A stretch of 63,998 nucleotides of DNA, filler included, from Candidatus Babelota bacterium (GCA_017999075.1; 7 parts of 7 records of this genome joined end to end with filler, not necessarily neighbours in it); one strand, 5' to 3'. Shown: positions 52,351-62,957, counted from the whole stretch's first letter. Made by a program: numbers and translations. Notes: a model not told the origin generated them from the letters alone.

Positions 52351-53350
52351 ATTGAAAAACCGCTGATTTAAAAGGTTTTAGAATTATTTCAGCGTAATCA
52401 ATTACCTCCTGATATTCTTCCTTTGTAAGATCATAAAATGGAGTAAATTGAAATTTGTGTTTTGAAACTGCCTGTTGAAAATTTTTTATCCGATCCCATT
52501 CTTCTATAAGCATAGGAAGTAATTTTAAAAAAGAAGAAAATAAACGTTTATATGAAAGTTTATCGCCGAAAGAATATTGTAAATACCTGGATTCTATCAA
52601 CTGCCAGAAGCTTGCTGTAGCTGCGTCAATTTCAATTGCCTTATATTCAAGCGCGGTGCACATTATACCCCACAAAACATGCAATTCGCGTTCCTCCATA
52701 TTACGTGTGGGCGAGTTAGGCGCTTTATGCCAGTGGCGCATAAAAGATTTGTCCATTATATAAGCCGAAGGATATCCGTTTCTTAATGCGCGTAAATTGA
52801 ATTCTGTCCATTCTCCCCAAAATTTTCGGCGTGCATTAAAACCTCCCAGAATTTTGAATATGCTGGTATAACCGGCAACGCACATACCTTGTATAGGCAT
52901 ATAAAGTAAACCATTTATTTTTTGTTGAGGAGTATTAGCTCTCGGTTTAAATAAAATATCAGTATTTTCCTGATAAGACGGCAATCCTAAAAAAGCTACT
53001 GTTTTATTATAAAAAGCATCTTCAAAGTCAGAAAAAATATCGCCGTGAATAGTGCAGTCGTCGTCTATGAAAGCCATAAGCGGACTTAATACACAACTCA
53101 AAGCAAACTGTCTGCCGCCGCTAATAGATGTATCCCCATCATTGACAAAAATCTGCGTTTCGAATTTTGAATAATTTCTCGTCAATTTCTTTAAAACATT
53201 TATATTTGATTTTGAATTTTTTTTGTTGCATATTATATTTACGCATAACTCTGTGGATACTGGTATTTTAATAGATTCTATAGAATCCAGAAGTTTAGTT
53301 ATGTATTCGAAACGCTCGGGAATTGTTAAAATTGATAAAGTCCAATGCAT
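52343..53350 (-). CDS. GT-A (family 2-like) glycosyltransferase
   Basis: SISGGRQ, AFIDDDC, LGGFN. Confidence 0.75.
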   Translation of the reverse strand: MHWTLSILTIPERFEYITKLLDSIESIKIPVSTELCVNIICNKKNSKSNINVLKKLTRNYSKFETQIFVNDGDTSISGGRQFALSCVLSPLMAFIDDDCTIHGDIFSDFEDAFYNKTVAFLGLPSYQENTDILFKPRANTPQQKINGLLYMPIQGMCVAGYTSIFKILGGFNARRKFWGEWTEFNLRALRNGYPSAYIMDKSFMRHWHKAPNSPTRNMEERELHVLWGIMCTALEYKAIEIDAATASFWQLIESRYLQYSFGDKLSYKRLFSSFLKLLPMLIEEWDRIKNFQQAVSKHKFQFTPFYDLTKEEYQEVIDYAEIILKPFKSAVFQYE

Positions 53351-53402
53351 AATTTATTTACCTTTTTTTTGACAAATTCAATTGCCTCAATAACAACAAC
53401 AA

Positions 53403-54530
53403 CTATAAAAAACCGGTTTTTATTGATGCAGGCATAATATACTCATTTAAAAGCCTTTTGTTCCCGCCGTTTGCAATACCTATAGTTATTGCCGGAATAT
53501 TCATTGATATGGGTATGGAAACATCCGAAACTTGTGAGACATAATGTGTGTCGATATTTAGAATACTGTGTATTTCAGAAATTATTTTTATTATTGGTTC
53601 TTTGTTGCCGATTATTCCGCCTGGAGTAAGGGAATTATTCTGCAAATATATTTTGCAAGGATTATTTTTAGAAATCAATTTTGCAAAAAAATCTATTGAA
53701 CTGCATATATTTTCAACAGGTTCAAGTTTGTCGGCTTCTATCCTTAATTTGATTTTAACTTTATTCGCATAATCGGCATTTCCTTTTTCACTTGTAATCT
53801 TTTCGATGGTTATATATTTTTCTTTGCGCATATTTAAGTCGATATCGAAAATCTTGTTTAAAATTAAAGTGGAATAATAAACAGCATTATTGTTTTTAAA
53901 AATCGTATCAGGCAATTTGTTTGAATTGCATACCCCGTCTGTAGTGATAATTATATTGATATTATTTCTGAACAGTGATTGATTAGCCACTTTTCCTAAC
54001 TGTATACCGTCCAAACATATTACATAATCAATAGTATTCTGATATTTCATCATTAGTCCTCGCATACCTGCCGAAGCTCCACTGCCTTGACTACCGGCAG
54101 TGCAGGCAAATATAATATCGCCGTGTTCAAATAAATTGTTCTTTTTTAAAATATAAGCAAGCGAGAAAAGAGACGCCAATCCTAAACTGTTTAAACCTAT
54201 TGAAGGACCTACTATTTTATCTGTTTCAATATACGTATTTAAATCAACATCCTGGTCATATGCTGTATCCATATTTGATGAAACAAGAATTTTAGGTAAT
54301 TTTTTGTTGCAGGATAAAATACTTATTACATTGCCGAAATTATCAATTTTCAATTCGTCTAAATTCAGCAATGAAAATTTTTCCAATAAAATAGCCGCTT
54401 TTCTATGCGTTTGAAAAGTTGGAGAAGGTATTTTGCTTAATAATACCGCGTCACCTAAGATCATTGAACTTTGATTGTTTGCTATTTTTGTTAAATAATT
54501 CAGTTCACTTATATTAATTTTGTTTTTCAA
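53403..54530 (-). CDS. M20-peptidase-like protein with degenerate metal ligands
   Basis: IPSPTF, IDNFGNVI, GPSIG, SDVSIPIS..IPAITIG; frame continues 14 codons past the TAG. Confidence 0.75.
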   Translation of the reverse strand: MKNKINISELNYLTKIANNQSSMILGDAVLLSKIPSPTFQTHRKAAILLEKFSLLNLDELKIDNFGNVISILSCNKKLPKILVSSNMDTAYDQDVDLNTYIETDKIVGPSIGLNSLGLASLFSLAYILKKNNLFEHGDIIFACTAGSQGSGASAGMRGLMMKYQNTIDYVICLDGIQLGKVANQSLFRNNINIIITTDGVCNSNKLPDTIFKNNNAVYYSTLILNKIFDIDLNMRKEKYITIEKITSEKGNADYANKVKIKLRIEADKLEPVENICSSIDFFAKLISKNNPCKIYLQNNSLTPGGIIGNKEPIIKIISEIHSILNIDTHYVSQVSDVSIPISMNIPAITIGIANGGNKRLLNEYIMPASIKTGFL

Positions 54531-54755
54531 TATATGCCATATCCTGTTTTATAAAATTTTTTCAAGCACATTAAAAAGTGAAATTAAAGGTTTGTTTTCA
54601 GTTGACCGGAATTTTTTTCAATCCAAAATGTAATCATATTTATTTTTATATATAAATATTTAATATCATAATAAAATATTTATAAAAAAATTTCAAATAG
54701 AATTGTTTGTATTTTTAAATTGTTATAAAAAAATATCATATTAAGTTTTTTAATT

Positions 54756-55574
54756 TTATTTTTTTTCGTAAATTATTATCGGATATTTATTGTATTTTAT
54801 ATAGTAAATATTATTTTTAACTTTTTCTTCAATTTTTTTTAGAAGATTTTTTGCGTCGCCTCTGTAATAATCAAATGAATAATCAAGAATAAATGCATAA
54901 ACAGGAAATCTGTCATTATTGAATGCAAAAAATATATTGTCGTCAGTTATTATAAAATAATTTAACCAAAATCCATATAGATAATTATAATTGTTGCCTA
55001 CATATTGGATTCGTTCTGTGGCAATAATGCAACTTTTTTCAGGTTTATTTTTTATAATATCATTAATTAATAATTTTATAGACTTTTTGTTTTTAATTAT
55101 TTCATTATAGAGGGTTATTCTATCTGAATATTTATATTTGTCATGATATAATTTTTTTACAAGAAAATAATCTTTTGCAATGTTCTGGAATAAAATTATA
55201 AGCAGTAAAATAATAATTATTTTATCTGATAAGTGAGTGATTTTTTTGTTTTTTAAAGAAAGTTTAAAACAGAATTTTCGTATAGAAACTATGGTTAACA
55301 GCATAACTATATAAATTCCGGGCAGAAAAGTGTATTCGTGAGAAATAGTTCTTAAACTTGAATTGTTATTTGATAAATAAATATAAAAAAAAGGAATTAA
55401 AAAATATATAAAAAACAAACGTATATTTAGCAGAGGAATAAATAAAAGGATTCCGGTATAATAATATGTCAAATCAAAGTTGGGTTTTGAAAAAATATGG
55501 GTTAATATTTTTGAAGGTGTTTGTAAAAAATTGAAAATTATTTCTTTTGTGTTTGCGCCTATACTGCCATAAAT
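54756..55574 (-). CDS. Membrane protein C-terminal fragment, possibly DUF2079-like
   Basis: Frame open from contig end: YGSIGANTKEIIFNFLQTP...FIPLL...HEY. Confidence 0.5.
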   Translation of the reverse strand: MYGSIGANTKEIIFNFLQTPSKILTHIFSKPNFDLTYYYTGILLFIPLLNIRLFFIYFLIPFFYIYLSNNNSSLRTISHEYTFLPGIYIVMLLTIVSIRKFCFKLSLKNKKITHLSDKIIIILLLIILFQNIAKDYFLVKKLYHDKYKYSDRITLYNEIIKNKKSIKLLINDIIKNKPEKSCIIATERIQYVGNNYNYLYGFWLNYFIITDDNIFFAFNNDRFPVYAFILDYSFDYYRGDAKNLLKKIEEKVKNNIYYIKYNKYPIIIYEKK

Positions 55575-55674
55575 NNNNNNNNNNNNNNNNNNNNNNNNNN
55601 NNNNNNNNNNNNNNNNNNTTAATTAATTAANNNNNNNNNNNNNNNNNNNNNNNNNNNNNNNNNNNNNNNNNNNN
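55575..55674. other. Artificial contig linker
   Basis: N44-TTAATTAATTAA-N44. Confidence 0.99.
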
Positions 55675-55675
55675 T

Positions 55676-57718
55676 CTTGAAAATATAAATGGACCATATA
55701 ATTATGAATTAGTCGTATATACTGCTGCTCCGGATATTCTGTCTCCGGTTAAACAAAAAGGAATTTTAGAAAAGATTATTGAAATGCATAAAATAAAAGA
55801 TTCTACAGAAGATATATTGAATGATATAAGTTTGTGTAAAAACAATTTGATGCCTCCAGAATTGGTAAAAGAAATATCCGGGCTGATTTGTTCTAAACAA
55901 AATGTTTTTAAAGTATATTCTGATTATAGAATTCAGATTGTAAAATCTAATCAGATAGATTTTGATGATATAATTTTTTATATAGTAACAATTCTGCAGA
56001 AAAATATCGGAGTGACAGAACATTATCATAAAAAATACAAATTTTTTTTAATAGATGAATATCAGGATACAAATTATGCGCAGTATCTGTTTGCATTGAA
56101 AATAGTAGAAGAAAGTAAAAATATTTTTGCTGTAGGGGATGACGATCAAAGTATTTACGGATGGCGGGGAGCTGATATTACTAATATTTTAAATTTTAAA
56201 GATGATTTTAAAGATGCTCTTATTATTAAATTTGAACGTAACTACAGGAGTAGCGCCAATATTCTTATGGCTGCCAATAATATCTTTAAGGAAAAAGATG
56301 CTGCCATAAGGAAAGTATTGAAGGTTAGCGGAAATTATACTATAGGGAAAGCAGGACTTGGCGAAAAAATTATAGAGTACCAGGCAGAGAATGAAAAAGA
56401 AGAAGCGGAGTTTTGCCGATATATAATATCTGAGACTGTATCTCAAAACAAAAAAACTGTTCTTGAAAAATTAAAAAAAATATTCGATGAAATTAATGGA
56501 GAACTTTACAGCGCTACAAACGAAATGCTGAATGCTTACAATTATCTTTCCGAATATACAATTCAGTTATGGAGTAAAACTGTAGAATGGGTGAATACCT
56601 ATAATATTGTTGCCAATAATTTGGATTTTGAAAATGTTAATCTGCTTATAAAAACATTCTACGATTTTAATAATTTGTTCAATATGACTTTTGAATTTAA
56701 AAAAACCGAACAGGAAATTTTAGAAAGTTTTTTTTGCAGATTGAAAGATAAAATGCATTATTTATTCGGTCAGTCATCTTTATATAGAAAATTTGCCGTT
56801 TTTTATAGAGTAAACTCTCAAAAAGAAATTTTTAAAACAGTTTTTAATGAATCCGGAATACCTTTTATTGAAGTTGGGAACAATAAACTTTTTGAATTCA
56901 GGGAAATTCAGAATATATTGTCTTTACTGAAAATTATTACAGGTTACATAAAACTATATTCTTACGGGCAATTGACTAATTATTTTTATTTAAACAATGA
57001 AATAACTAATATTTCATATCTTCCTTTTTATAAAGTTCCGGATAAAGACAGGGCAGCTTTGGAATATTGCCCGGAAAATATTTTTTTGTTATCATCGGAT
57101 TTTATAGATGCCAATAAAAATGTTCTGTCTGTTCAGAGTTATTATTTTTTAATCAATATGATAAAATTATGCGAAGATATATATCACAATTACATTGATA
57201 AAAAAATAAATTATTGTTTTCAGAAAATTATAGATTATCTTGATTATACCTCAAAAATGTATCAGGATAATCCGAGCAGTAAACAGTTGAGAAAGAATAT
57301 AGAATCGTTTAGAATGATAATGACGGATTTTGAATTGCATTCTTCAAAAGATAAATCCCAGACATTATTCAATTTTTGCAAATATATAATTTATAGAAGT
57401 TCCGACCAGCAGTCTATGGATATTTATAATGACGGAGTTTATTTGATGACACTTCATTCTGCAAAAGGTCTGGAATTTGAAAATGTATTTTTTACAGGAC
57501 TTGAAGAAGACGTGTGCCCTTATAAATGGCCGAGTTTGAATAAAATAGGCAATAAAGAGCTTGATGAAGAAAAACGGTTATTTTATGTTGGAATAACAAG
57601 GGCTCAGGAAAAACTTTATCTTACATATGCCAAAAACAGGAATTGGTACGGCAAAAAAGTTAAACATAAACCGTCCAGATTTCTAAGGTACATACCTGCA
57701 GATTTAATACAAAAATAA
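55676..57718 (+). CDS. UvrD/PcrA-family helicase (5' end cut)
   Basis: IDEYQDTN, VGDDDQSIYGWRGA, NYRS, MTLHSAKGLEF, EEKRLFYVGITRA. Confidence 0.93.
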   Translation, partial: LENINGPYNYELVVYTAAPDILSPVKQKGILEKIIEMHKIKDSTEDILNDISLCKNNLMPPELVKEISGLICSKQNVFKVYSDYRIQIVKSNQIDFDDIIFYIVTILQKNIGVTEHYHKKYKFFLIDEYQDTNYAQYLFALKIVEESKNIFAVGDDDQSIYGWRGADITNILNFKDDFKDALIIKFERNYRSSANILMAANNIFKEKDAAIRKVLKVSGNYTIGKAGLGEKIIEYQAENEKEEAEFCRYIISETVSQNKKTVLEKLKKIFDEINGELYSATNEMLNAYNYLSEYTIQLWSKTVEWVNTYNIVANNLDFENVNLLIKTFYDFNNLFNMTFEFKKTEQEILESFFCRLKDKMHYLFGQSSLYRKFAVFYRVNSQKEIFKTVFNESGIPFIEVGNNKLFEFREIQNILSLLKIITGYIKLYSYGQLTNYFYLNNEITNISYLPFYKVPDKDRAALEYCPENIFLLSSDFIDANKNVLSVQSYYFLINMIKLCEDIYHNYIDKKINYCFQKIIDYLDYTSKMYQDNPSSKQLRKNIESFRMIMTDFELHSSKDKSQTLFNFCKYIIYRSSDQQSMDIYNDGVYLMTLHSAKGLEFENVFFTGLEEDVCPYKWPSLNKIGNKELDEEKRLFYVGITRAQEKLYLTYAKNRNWYGKKVKHKPSRFLRYIPADLIQK

Positions 57719-57789
57719 TTGATTTTTTTATTATAGGTATATAATATATATCTTTTAAAATAAAATTCTTAAAAATATGATTTTATATT

Positions 57790-58161
57790 ATGCAGAATAA
57801 GCCAACAGTATTAATTGCGGATGATTCGCCGCTTGTAAGGTATCAATTGGTTGATATATTTGAGGATTTGGGGTTTGATATTATAGGAGAAGTTTCGAAT
57901 GGTAATGAAGCAATAATTTTATATAAAGAAAAAAAACCTGATTTTGTAACTCTTGATATACTAATGCCTGAAAAAAGCGGACTGGAAACTCTTGAAGAAA
58001 TAATTAAACTGAATCCAGCAGCAAAAATTATTATGATAACGGCTTTAGGTAAACAGGAAATTATTTCAAAGTGTTTAAAAAAAGGCGCATCTGATTTTAT
58101 ATTAAAACCTTTTAATCCGCTGCTTATCAAAGAAACTTTTAATAGACTAATGAAATTTTAA
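57790..58161 (+). CDS. CheY-like single-domain response regulator
   Basis: IADDS, TLDILMP, MITA, FILKPF. Confidence 0.93.
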   Translation: MQNKPTVLIADDSPLVRYQLVDIFEDLGFDIIGEVSNGNEAIILYKEKKPDFVTLDILMPEKSGLETLEEIIKLNPAAKIIMITALGKQEIISKCLKKGASDFILKPFNPLLIKETFNRLMKF

Positions 58162-58246
58162 GATTGTTTTGTTTTAATTAAATTAAACCTATAATTTTTC
58201 TTGTTTTTTTAAAGACAATTAGTAAGAATTAATATTTCTGTGAAAC

Positions 58247-58275
58247 TTGACAAAAAGTTGAGAATAGAGTATATT
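58247..58275 (+). promoter_or_regulatory. Sigma70-type promoter, possibly leaderless
   Basis: TTGACA-N17-TATATT, ATG 7 nt after the -10 box. Confidence 0.6.
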
Positions 58276-58281
58276 ATTAAT

Positions 58282-59340
58282 ATGAAATGGAATATTATTC
58301 TATCAGTTTATATAATATTTTTATTTAATATTTCAGGGCATTCCGCAGAAAAAAAAGAAGTCAAATTAGTGCATTTAATAGTTTCTCCTGAAATGATTGG
58401 TTCTAACGATAATATTTTGATTAAACCTATACCTTCTCCTGATGGCAAAAAAATAATTTTTACAAATAATAATTATGATAAAATATGGATAAAAAAAATT
58501 AATGATGATGAAAAACCTGAATTGATTGTTTCCGAACCAGGTTGCGGATTAAATTCAATGTGGATTGACAATACAAATATTTATTATATTACAGGCGTGG
58601 AAAAAGAAAATAAAAGATATAAATTTACTATATACTCAATGGATATAGTTTCAAAAAAAATTGACAGACTTACTCCTTTATCAAGTGACAGGCGGATACC
58701 GTCTGTAATAAACGGGCAAATAATATTACCGTATGTTAAAAATGATTCGAATTCAAAATTGATGAATCCGGCTAAATTAAACAATCTTGCGGATGATTTT
58801 TTAAACTCTTTATTTTTTGATAAGTTTAGTTCTGTTGAAGAAGTAAAAAAAAATAAACAATATATTATTTTAAATAAAAAAAAATATGCCAATATTACTG
58901 AATCTGATGTTCAGACATTATATTATATTGATGGATTGAAATTATATAAAGCTGATATGGAAACAGGACGCATTTCATTAATAGACAATAGGGTGTACAG
59001 TTATAGTGTTTCTCAGGATAAAAAGTTTCTTGCATATTGTAAGAATAATGACGTGGTAATTTATAATGTCAGTTCAAAATCAAAAAAAATAATCAATGAC
59101 GCTTCCCAACCATCATGGATGAATTCTGACGCTTTAATTTATATTAAATCAGAGGATGACGGGCACAAAATAACAGGTTCTGATATTTATAAAAAAAATA
59201 TTGCTGATAATTCTGCGGAAATAAATATTACCCGTACGAAAACAGAATTTGAATATCATCCGTTTTATGAGCAGTCGAATAACAGAATTTATTATAGTTC
59301 ATTATCGGATAATTCCATAAAATATATTGAGTTAAAATAA
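58282..59340 (+). CDS. Exported TolB-like beta-propeller protein
   Basis: Signal peptide; PSPDGKKIIF, VSQDKKFLAY, QPSW, YHPFY. Confidence 0.75.
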   Translation: MKWNIILSVYIIFLFNISGHSAEKKEVKLVHLIVSPEMIGSNDNILIKPIPSPDGKKIIFTNNNYDKIWIKKINDDEKPELIVSEPGCGLNSMWIDNTNIYYITGVEKENKRYKFTIYSMDIVSKKIDRLTPLSSDRRIPSVINGQIILPYVKNDSNSKLMNPAKLNNLADDFLNSLFFDKFSSVEEVKKNKQYIILNKKKYANITESDVQTLYYIDGLKLYKADMETGRISLIDNRVYSYSVSQDKKFLAYCKNNDVVIYNVSSKSKKIINDASQPSWMNSDALIYIKSEDDGHKITGSDIYKKNIADNSAEINITRTKTEFEYHPFYEQSNNRIYYSSLSDNSIKYIELK

Positions 59341-59357
59341 AAACTTGGAGGTTTGCC

Positions 59358-61070
59358 ATGCAGAAGAAAATTATTATTTTAATGGTTTTTGTATTGTGTT
59401 TTTCTTTTTATATTAACGCTGCGGATGATTTGAAAAATATTGTTATCTGCATAGATGCGGGACATGGCGGAACCGATCCAGGCGCAAAAGGGATTCAAGG
59501 ATTAAAAGAAGCTGAGACGGTTTTAAAAATAGCTAAGTTGGTTCAGTCTAAACTTGAAAGTAAAGGCGCTGTTGTAGAAATGACCAGGGAAACCGATTCT
59601 GTAATGTCTTTATCTGCAAGAACAAATCTTGCCAATGCGGTTAAAGCAGACAGATTATTATCAATTCATTTAAATGCGTTTAATACTAAAGCTAATTATA
59701 CATTAACGACTGTGTATTTGACAGCTCAGCCTTCATCGAACAGTACTAAAATTGCGGCATTTATAGCTAAAGATATAAATACAGAAATAGGTCTTGGATT
59801 TGCTTCTTCAAATTTTTCTCCTGCTATTTCCGGTGTAAGAAAAGAAAATTTTCATATGCTTCGTGAATCGTCAATGCCTGCGGTTTTGACTGAAAGTTCT
59901 TTTATCGATTATCCTGCTGAAGAAATAAAACTTACGGATCCTAAATATATAGAAAAAGTTGCTCAGATAATTTTTACTGGAATTTGCAAACATTATGGAG
60001 TTCAGCCTGAAATTCAAACTGTTCAAAAATCTTCGTTAAACATAACAGTAGCTGATAAAACTGATAATGCGAAAGTTTTGGAAAACGTTACAGTTTCTGC
60101 AATATTTTCCGGCGGCGGCGTTATAGAACTTTTAACTGATAAAACAGGAAAAGTTTTATTTACAGGTTTAGTTCCAGGGAAAATATCCGTTAGGATTAAA
60201 CATCAGAATTATAAAGAAGCGCTTTTTGAAAATGTAGAATTGAAATCAGGACAGACCACCACATTAAATTTGTTTGCTGAGGAAAGAACAGGTTCTATTA
60301 TCGGTATTATAACTGATGCCAAAACAGGAACAAGACTTGTTAATGTTAAATGTTCGTTGATATTCAATAATAGTGTTGTAAAAACAGGAAATACCGGTGC
60401 TACAGGTGTGTATAAATTTGAATCTGTTAAATGCGGAGATTATTCGGTTAAAGCTGAATTTGACGGATATGCTGCTGCAATTCAAACGATTCAAGTTTCC
60501 GCTGATTTAGAAAAATGGAATTCCATAAAATTAAATCAGGATATTAAAATCAAATCAGAAATTTCCGGAATAGTTAAAGACGCTGTTACAGGCGAAGCTA
60601 TTTCAGGAGCTAAGATGACATTATATAAAGGAACAGTTTCAACAAATTCTGTTTATTCCGGAGTTGACGGAAGTTATGTTTTTAAAAATCTGGATAATGC
60701 AACGTATAAAATTCAATGTAAACCTAAAAGTATTTATAAAACAAAAACAATTTCATCAATTAAACTTGGAGAAAATGAAACCAAACAAACAGACTTTATT
60801 TTAATGAATCCTGAAACTCCAGGGTCCATCAACGGTTACGTTTATAGAATTAAAAATAATAGAAAAGTAGCTGTAATGAGCGAAGAAATTAAAATTTATA
60901 AAGCAGGTAAAATGGAAGCTGTATGTCAAACAGGATGGGGTGCTACTGCCGGAATGTTTCGTGTAGATAATTTGAAAGCAGGGAAGTATGATATTCACGT
61001 GGCTGGAACTATAAAAACTTCGACTGTAAGCGCAGGAAAAACAGTTAACCCAAGCATAAAAATTGAATAA
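59358..61070 (+). CDS. N-acetylmuramoyl-L-alanine amidase (Amidase_3) with carboxypeptidase-regulatory-like domains
   Basis: IDAGHGGTDPGA, SIHLNA, MPAVLTE; repeated G.V.DA.TG beta domains. Confidence 0.9.
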   Translation: MQKKIIILMVFVLCFSFYINAADDLKNIVICIDAGHGGTDPGAKGIQGLKEAETVLKIAKLVQSKLESKGAVVEMTRETDSVMSLSARTNLANAVKADRLLSIHLNAFNTKANYTLTTVYLTAQPSSNSTKIAAFIAKDINTEIGLGFASSNFSPAISGVRKENFHMLRESSMPAVLTESSFIDYPAEEIKLTDPKYIEKVAQIIFTGICKHYGVQPEIQTVQKSSLNITVADKTDNAKVLENVTVSAIFSGGGVIELLTDKTGKVLFTGLVPGKISVRIKHQNYKEALFENVELKSGQTTTLNLFAEERTGSIIGIITDAKTGTRLVNVKCSLIFNNSVVKTGNTGATGVYKFESVKCGDYSVKAEFDGYAAAIQTIQVSADLEKWNSIKLNQDIKIKSEISGIVKDAVTGEAISGAKMTLYKGTVSTNSVYSGVDGSYVFKNLDNATYKIQCKPKSIYKTKTISSIKLGENETKQTDFILMNPETPGSINGYVYRIKNNRKVAVMSEEIKIYKAGKMEAVCQTGWGATAGMFRVDNLKAGKYDIHVAGTIKTSTVSAGKTVNPSIKIE

Positions 61071-61187
61071 TCTTGAGGGAATATGCCTTTGAAAGGTTTT
61101 ATTTTAATTTGGCAAGTTATCCGGGATAATAGAATTTTTTGTAAACAAATTGTATACAAAGTCAAAAGTAAATAACGACGGGGTTCT

Positions 61188-61910
61188 ATGAAATATTTTT
61201 ATATTGTATTTTCAATAATAATATTATTATGTTTGGCTGTATACTTTTCTTTTTACAAAAAACAATCTGATTTGTGTTTTGAATGGAAAGCCGGAGATAA
61301 ATATGAGATCAGTTATATTATTGAAAAAAATTTTTATATTGAAAATAAAATAAGCGACACTGATTTTACTGAAATTGAAATATCAGACACTTCGGTTTAT
61401 ACAAGAAAAAAATTTTTTTATGTAACATCTGAGTCATCAGGATATTTTCAGGATGAATTAGAAAAGTCAGATGTAAAAGTTTTACCTGAAATTGAATTAT
61501 TTCTTGATAAGTATTTTATAAAAACAAAAGATAAATCTTTTGCTTTATTCCCTTTTGTTTTGCCTGGAAAAATTCCTGTTGCTTGTTCATGGTATTATAA
61601 ATTTTCTGCAAAATTTTTTGATATAAATGAATTTGAACTTATTTCTAAATTAGATAATTTTAATGAAAAATCAGCGGAAATATCATTCAAAATAAAAGAA
61701 ACTAATATTAAACATTATGATGAAAACGGATTTGAATATAATTCGAAATTATCCGGTAAAGGAACGGGAATATTTGATTTGAAAACTAAATTTTATTCTA
61801 AATTCAGTTTTGAAATAAAAATAGAAACCGATATTTTCAAATCAGGAGAATTATATCAAAAATCTTCAATAACATTTTATCCGCAATTTAAAATTGGTAA
61901 AATTGATTGA
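61188..61910 (+). CDS. Hypothetical membrane-anchored beta-rich protein
   Basis: N-terminal TM; WKAGDKY; GKGTGIFD. Confidence 0.65.
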   Translation: MKYFYIVFSIIILLCLAVYFSFYKKQSDLCFEWKAGDKYEISYIIEKNFYIENKISDTDFTEIEISDTSVYTRKKFFYVTSESSGYFQDELEKSDVKVLPEIELFLDKYFIKTKDKSFALFPFVLPGKIPVACSWYYKFSAKFFDINEFELISKLDNFNEKSAEISFKIKETNIKHYDENGFEYNSKLSGKGTGIFDLKTKFYSKFSFEIKIETDIFKSGELYQKSSITFYPQFKIGKID

Positions 61911-61980
61911 ATTATTTTTTTCTGAAAAAAATAATTAGTTTCGTTTTTTAAAATTAAAAAGAATATTTGTGTTATAGAAT

Positions 61981-62730
61981 ATGCTTGATGTGCACTGTCA
62001 TTTATATGACGAAAAATATGATGATATATTAACTGAAGCAGTTGCTTCGGAATTATCTGTGATAGTTAATTCTGGCGATTGCATTGATGTGATTGAAAAA
62101 TGTAAAGCAATGTCGGATAAGTTTTCAAATCTTTATTTTTCAGCAGGAGTTCATCCTCATAATGCTGAAAAAGATAAAAAAAAAATATCCGAGATTTTCC
62201 ATTCCATAAATCATCCTAAATGTATTGGAATTGGAGAAATAGGATTGGATTATTATTATTCATTCAGTGAAAAAAATGTACAAAAATCAGTATTTGAAAA
62301 TCAGATAAAAATTGCTGCTGATAATAAAAAAAATATGATAATTCATTCGAGAAATGCTGAAAAAGAGGTCTATGATATTTTAAAAGAAATAAATTCTGTT
62401 AATGTACTTGTTCACTGCTATACAGGTCAGATTGAAATTCTTGAAAAAATGATTGAATGCAAAAATTTTTATTTCAGCATTGGCGGAATGATAACTTTCA
62501 AAAAAAATCAGAATATAATTGAAATTTTAAAATTGATTCCTCTTTCAAAACTTCTTGTTGAGACTGATTCTCCGTATCTAACTCCACTCCCCCACCGAGG
62601 GAAAATCAATATGCCTAAGTATGTTGAATTTATTTATTTGAAAATAAGCAGTATTTTAGGTATTAATTTTCCAGAGCTTGATAAATTAATAGAAGATAAT
62701 TTTAAAAAATTTTCAGGAATTAGTTTATGA
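61981..62730 (+). CDS. tatD: TatD-family hydrolase
   Basis: DVHCH, GVHPH, GEIGLDY, IHSR, VHCY, VETDSPYL. Confidence 0.95.
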   Translation: MLDVHCHLYDEKYDDILTEAVASELSVIVNSGDCIDVIEKCKAMSDKFSNLYFSAGVHPHNAEKDKKKISEIFHSINHPKCIGIGEIGLDYYYSFSEKNVQKSVFENQIKIAADNKKNMIIHSRNAEKEVYDILKEINSVNVLVHCYTGQIEILEKMIECKNFYFSIGGMITFKKNQNIIEILKLIPLSKLLVETDSPYLTPLPHRGKINMPKYVEFIYLKISSILGINFPELDKLIEDNFKKFSGISL

Positions 62731-62781
62731 TTGAATTGTTTGGAAAAAATTGGCAATCAGTAATTATTTATTGAGTTTGCG

Positions 62782-62957
62782 ACTAAAAGTGCCGTATAGT
62801 CAAAAGTCAGTATTTAAAAAACAAACTGATTTAGTAATATTTGTTTTATGCATAACAATAATGTTTTCAATAACTCGAAAATTTAATTATTAAAAAGTGA
62901 TTAAAAATGACTTTTGACTATACGGCACTTTTAGTTCGGCACTTTTAGTCTTTTAGT
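62782..62957. repeat. Long inverted repeat element with stuttered right end
   Basis: 28-bp perfect arms at 62782-62809 and 62908-62935; related arm near 40058-40086. Confidence 0.85.

Noticed and set aside
9279-55674. Six identical TTAATTAATTAA motifs in N-runs at about 9.2-kb spacing
   Set aside because: Artificial linkers. Contig lengths fall monotonically (9272, 9233, 9156, 9081, 9054), so the periodicity and any cross-linker synteny are artefacts.
61910-61936. Palindrome AATTATTTTTTTCTGAAAAAAATAATT
   Set aside because: Almost all A/T, so likely by chance or a weak terminator. Not enough to call a function.
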